Assembly (NCBI GenBank): GCA_016618085.1
Contig: JABLTG010000022.1
Location: 124,001-157,476, forward strand
Reading direction: 5' to 3'
Origin: Neovahlkampfia damariscottae
Taxonomy: Eukaryota
DNA: 33,476 nt
This document shows positions 32,485-33,476 of this stretch, in pieces. A program made the position numbers and the translations under genes. The notes under the pieces are model-generated. The model saw nothing but the letters and a program-made list of their open reading frames with translations. It was not told the DNA's origin and did no database searches. Within the stretch, counting starts at the first letter, position 1, and every line of letters starts with the position of its first letter.

Positions 32485-33476
32485 ATCTTTGGAATTTAAA
32501 ACAATTTATGAACAAGAATTCAAGAGGTGGAAAAATTTAAGTATAACGTATGTGTCAGAAAAAAAAAGAAAAGAAAATTTTGATCTCAATATGTATTTAA
32601 TTAATGCAATAGAATTAAACAAAATCAGTGGGCTTGGATCTAGCTCCATTACAAAGGAGAATCTCAAAAATAATTATCTATTATCATTGGGTTTGTTTAT
32701 TTCTTTCAAACACAAAAATCATCCATTATATCAAACCTTTATGCATATTCGTCGGTTAAGTTATTTGCTACTCGAAGAACACAGTCTCATTTCAATCAAT
32801 ATTGATAAATTAGTTGAATTATTACACATTGAACTAATTCAATATTTAGTATCAGAATTTCATACATTTGGGAAGCATCTAGATATCCTTCATCAAGATT
32901 TTTTTCAAAATGTTGTCATGGGACCAGATAATTCATTTTTGATGTTGAAAAAAATGAAAAGTTTAGATCCACAATTTCAAGAGTTAGTCATTCATGAATT
33001 TGTTGAAAATCAATTCAAAAACGATGAAAAAACAGAAGTTAAAAATTTGAAATATTTCTTCTATTTATTAATCCCTAAAATCAAGAATGATTTTCACACT
33101 TTTTTCGAATTGAAAAATGACACAAGTTCTGATTTTTATGTTGCTTCGGTTGATGAATCAAATGATTGTTGTAATTGCTATGTTATCTGTGAAAGTTTAG
33201 AAAACTTAAAAAAAACTTTAGAAAAGAAGAATAAATTATTAATTCAAATTGTAGGTTGTTCAAAGAAAGAAGGATTAAATCAAGAACATACATTAAAATA
33301 CTTTTCAAAATTATTTGAATATTTAAAAGGAAAAGAAATTGAATTACAGTTAATTGGACCTGATTTACCCAATGAATTAGATACTATTGTTTTGAATGAT
33401 CAAAATATAATAATTAAATATTTTAAGAAATTCTATCATGAAATTAAATTTAATAATGATATTGATTTAATATTCT
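32485..33476 (+). CDS. Protein with MSS51/ZMYND15-like C-terminal domain; 5' structure unresolved, 3' end runs off window (absent from ORF track)
   Basis: The frame is stop-free from 32444 to the window end and encodes LLIQIVGCS..E, IELQLIGPDLP, KKFYHE and DLIF. A possible acceptor TTTTTTTCAG ends at 32484, and the first in-frame ATG is at 32591. Confidence 0.6.

Noticed and set aside
1..33476. tRNA, rRNA, CRISPR arrays, U12-type introns, telomeric repeats and transposase genes
   Set aside because: None was recognised. No donor matches the U12 RTATCCTT consensus, and there are no regularly spaced repeats.

Overview
This is gene-dense, very AT-rich eukaryotic nuclear DNA (standard code) with tiny GT-AG spliceosomal introns of 26-41 nt. 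The style suggests a free-living protist, possibly a heterolobosean amoeba (weak inference). Splicing by hand joins the fragmented ORF track into about 15 genes: an INTS8-like 3' end, CDC5L, WDR18/IPI3, RPS7, a 7TM protein, an EGF/ZP-like GPI surface protein, a Kelch-pseudokinase-NEK kinase-SAM protein, a coiled-coil protein, a degenerate kinesin-coiled coil-PH giant, NDC80, a secreted SH3b+M23 peptidoglycan hydrolase, an F-box protein, an EF-hand purple acid phosphatase, an EEP hydrolase and a partial MSS51_C-like gene. A decayed island at about 27.4-32.4 kb holds two head-to-head, frameshifted NTPase + PD-(D/E)XK nuclease genes. The highlights are: 8 of 27 well-supported introns need an AAG acceptor; a bacterial-type lysin gene needs a 4-nt microexon; a CCAAT box lies near the start of all 14 genes whose 5' end can be modelled; and an E2F site lies upstream of NDC80. 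All assignments come from motif recognition by eye, with no database searches.
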